A stretch of DNA of 35,066 nucleotides from Spirogloea muscicola (taxonomy: Eukaryota): contig WELB01000008.1 in the NCBI GenBank assembly GCA_009602725.1, positions 815,765 to 850,830 on the forward strand, given 5' to 3'. Position 1 is the stretch's first letter; each line of letters starts with the position of its first letter. Shown piece by piece: positions 34,136 to 35,066 of this stretch. The notes beneath the pieces are model-generated. The model had not been told where the DNA came from and made no database searches. It saw only the letters and a list, made by a program, of their open reading frames with translations. A program made the position numbers and the translations under genes.

Positions 34136-35066
34136 CCTCCGGAAGGTGGGCTGTCCATCGGCGCCCCGCAGGATGGGCATTATCGTGGAGTTCTCCACTG
34201 CCACCTTGTAGCCGGCCTCCAGGAACACACCCTGCATGGCGTCTCGCAGGAGGTCGTGCGAACCTGTCCGCTCGCCCCCGTGTGCACAGCGGAGCATGTG
34301 GGCCGCCAACGCCGCAGGGTCATCGTGGCGGGCACCGCACTCGCACTGTTGGACCCCGATGAGGCAGGGAGGGAGGAGGCCGAGGAGCCGGTGGGCCGCC
34401 GTCCTGAATACCGCGTCTGGAATAGTCAGCGCCGCGTAGATGGGGAGTGCTGCTAGCCACGCCGCCGCCCCAGGGGAGGAGGCGGAGAGGAGCCGGGCGC
34501 GCCCTCGGGTGTCGTGCGGCGGAAGGAGCTCCACCAACTGGTCGTAGGCCGCTTTGTCCACCAGCGCAGTGTAGCGGGCCTGGGCCCGCAGGTCGGGGGT
34601 GTGCGCAAGGTGGATGAACGGGACGACCTGCTTCGACATGTCGGGGTGGGCCGCCAGGAGCGCGTCGCGGGCAGCGCGGAGAGCAGCCTGGAAAGGCAAC
34701 GAGCCGCTCTCCACTTCAGCTACCACCCGCTCCATGGTGCGGATGCCGTGCGCTTGGAACCGCCGGCTGATGGGTGCGGCGACCTGGGCCCAGCTGCCCA
34801 GGTAGGCGGCCTCGCAAACGCGGGCGACTGGGCGGCAGCCCAGACCGCCGCGACTGACAGGCAGGCTGGCCTGGAGCATCGCGGCTGGTGTGGTGAGGAA
34901 GCCGGGGTGTTGCAGGAGAGAGGCCGCGCTCGCCAGAACGCCGGAGTCAAAAGCCGCGTACGCCGCCTTCACCGCCGGGGAGGGAGGGAGGACGCGGGCC
35001 AGGTAGTGCGGACGGTGGGCAATGCACCTGGTCAGCATGGCGGTCGCCAGCTGCATGTCTTGCAGC
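34135..35066 (-). mobile_element. RLE-type (CRE-clade-like) non-LTR retrotransposon ORF, post-RT region; runs off the window on its 5' side and is cut at the endonuclease on its 3' side
   Basis: Open frame with LPVSRGGLG..AAYLGSW, RARLLS..GAAAWLAALP, FRTAAHRLLGL, the CECG-x12-H-x3-C zinc knuckle, the SHD motif and VAVE. This layout is typical of single-ORF RT plus restriction-like endonuclease elements. The RT core is outside the window, so the clade is an inference. Confidence 0.85.

Overview
Eukaryotic, GC-rich, intron-dense genomic DNA with plant-type genes. The likely source is a streptophyte green alga (inference from gene content and high GC; not verifiable here). Six genes can be built exon by exon: CCT4 chaperonin (+), an LRR receptor-like kinase with frame-disrupting lesions (-), an organellar-type TrmB tRNA m7G methyltransferase (-), the ATX1 copper chaperone (-), a bZIP60/HAC1/XBP1-type transcription factor (-) and a VIT1/CCC1-family transporter (+). 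A further multi-exon gene of unknown function probably lies at about 23.5-27.9 kb (-). There is one TA-flanked MITE and more than 20 remnants of several families of RLE-type (CRE-like) non-LTR retrotransposons, densest at 29.9-35.1 kb. Two signals stand out. First, the bZIP60 gene has a 23-nt IRE1-type unconventional intron (7-nt and 8-nt CNG|CNG loops) that is split in the genome by a 244-nt spliceosomal intron, so it only becomes contiguous after nuclear splicing. Second, the retroelement remnants are mostly short structured 3' ends. They have a covarying hairpin over the stop codon, conserved terminal stem-loops and a pyrimidine tail instead of poly(A). They form head-to-tail chains about 200-600 bp upstream of gene starts, and one sits in frame inside a kinase exon. 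All splice models and folds were made by eye.
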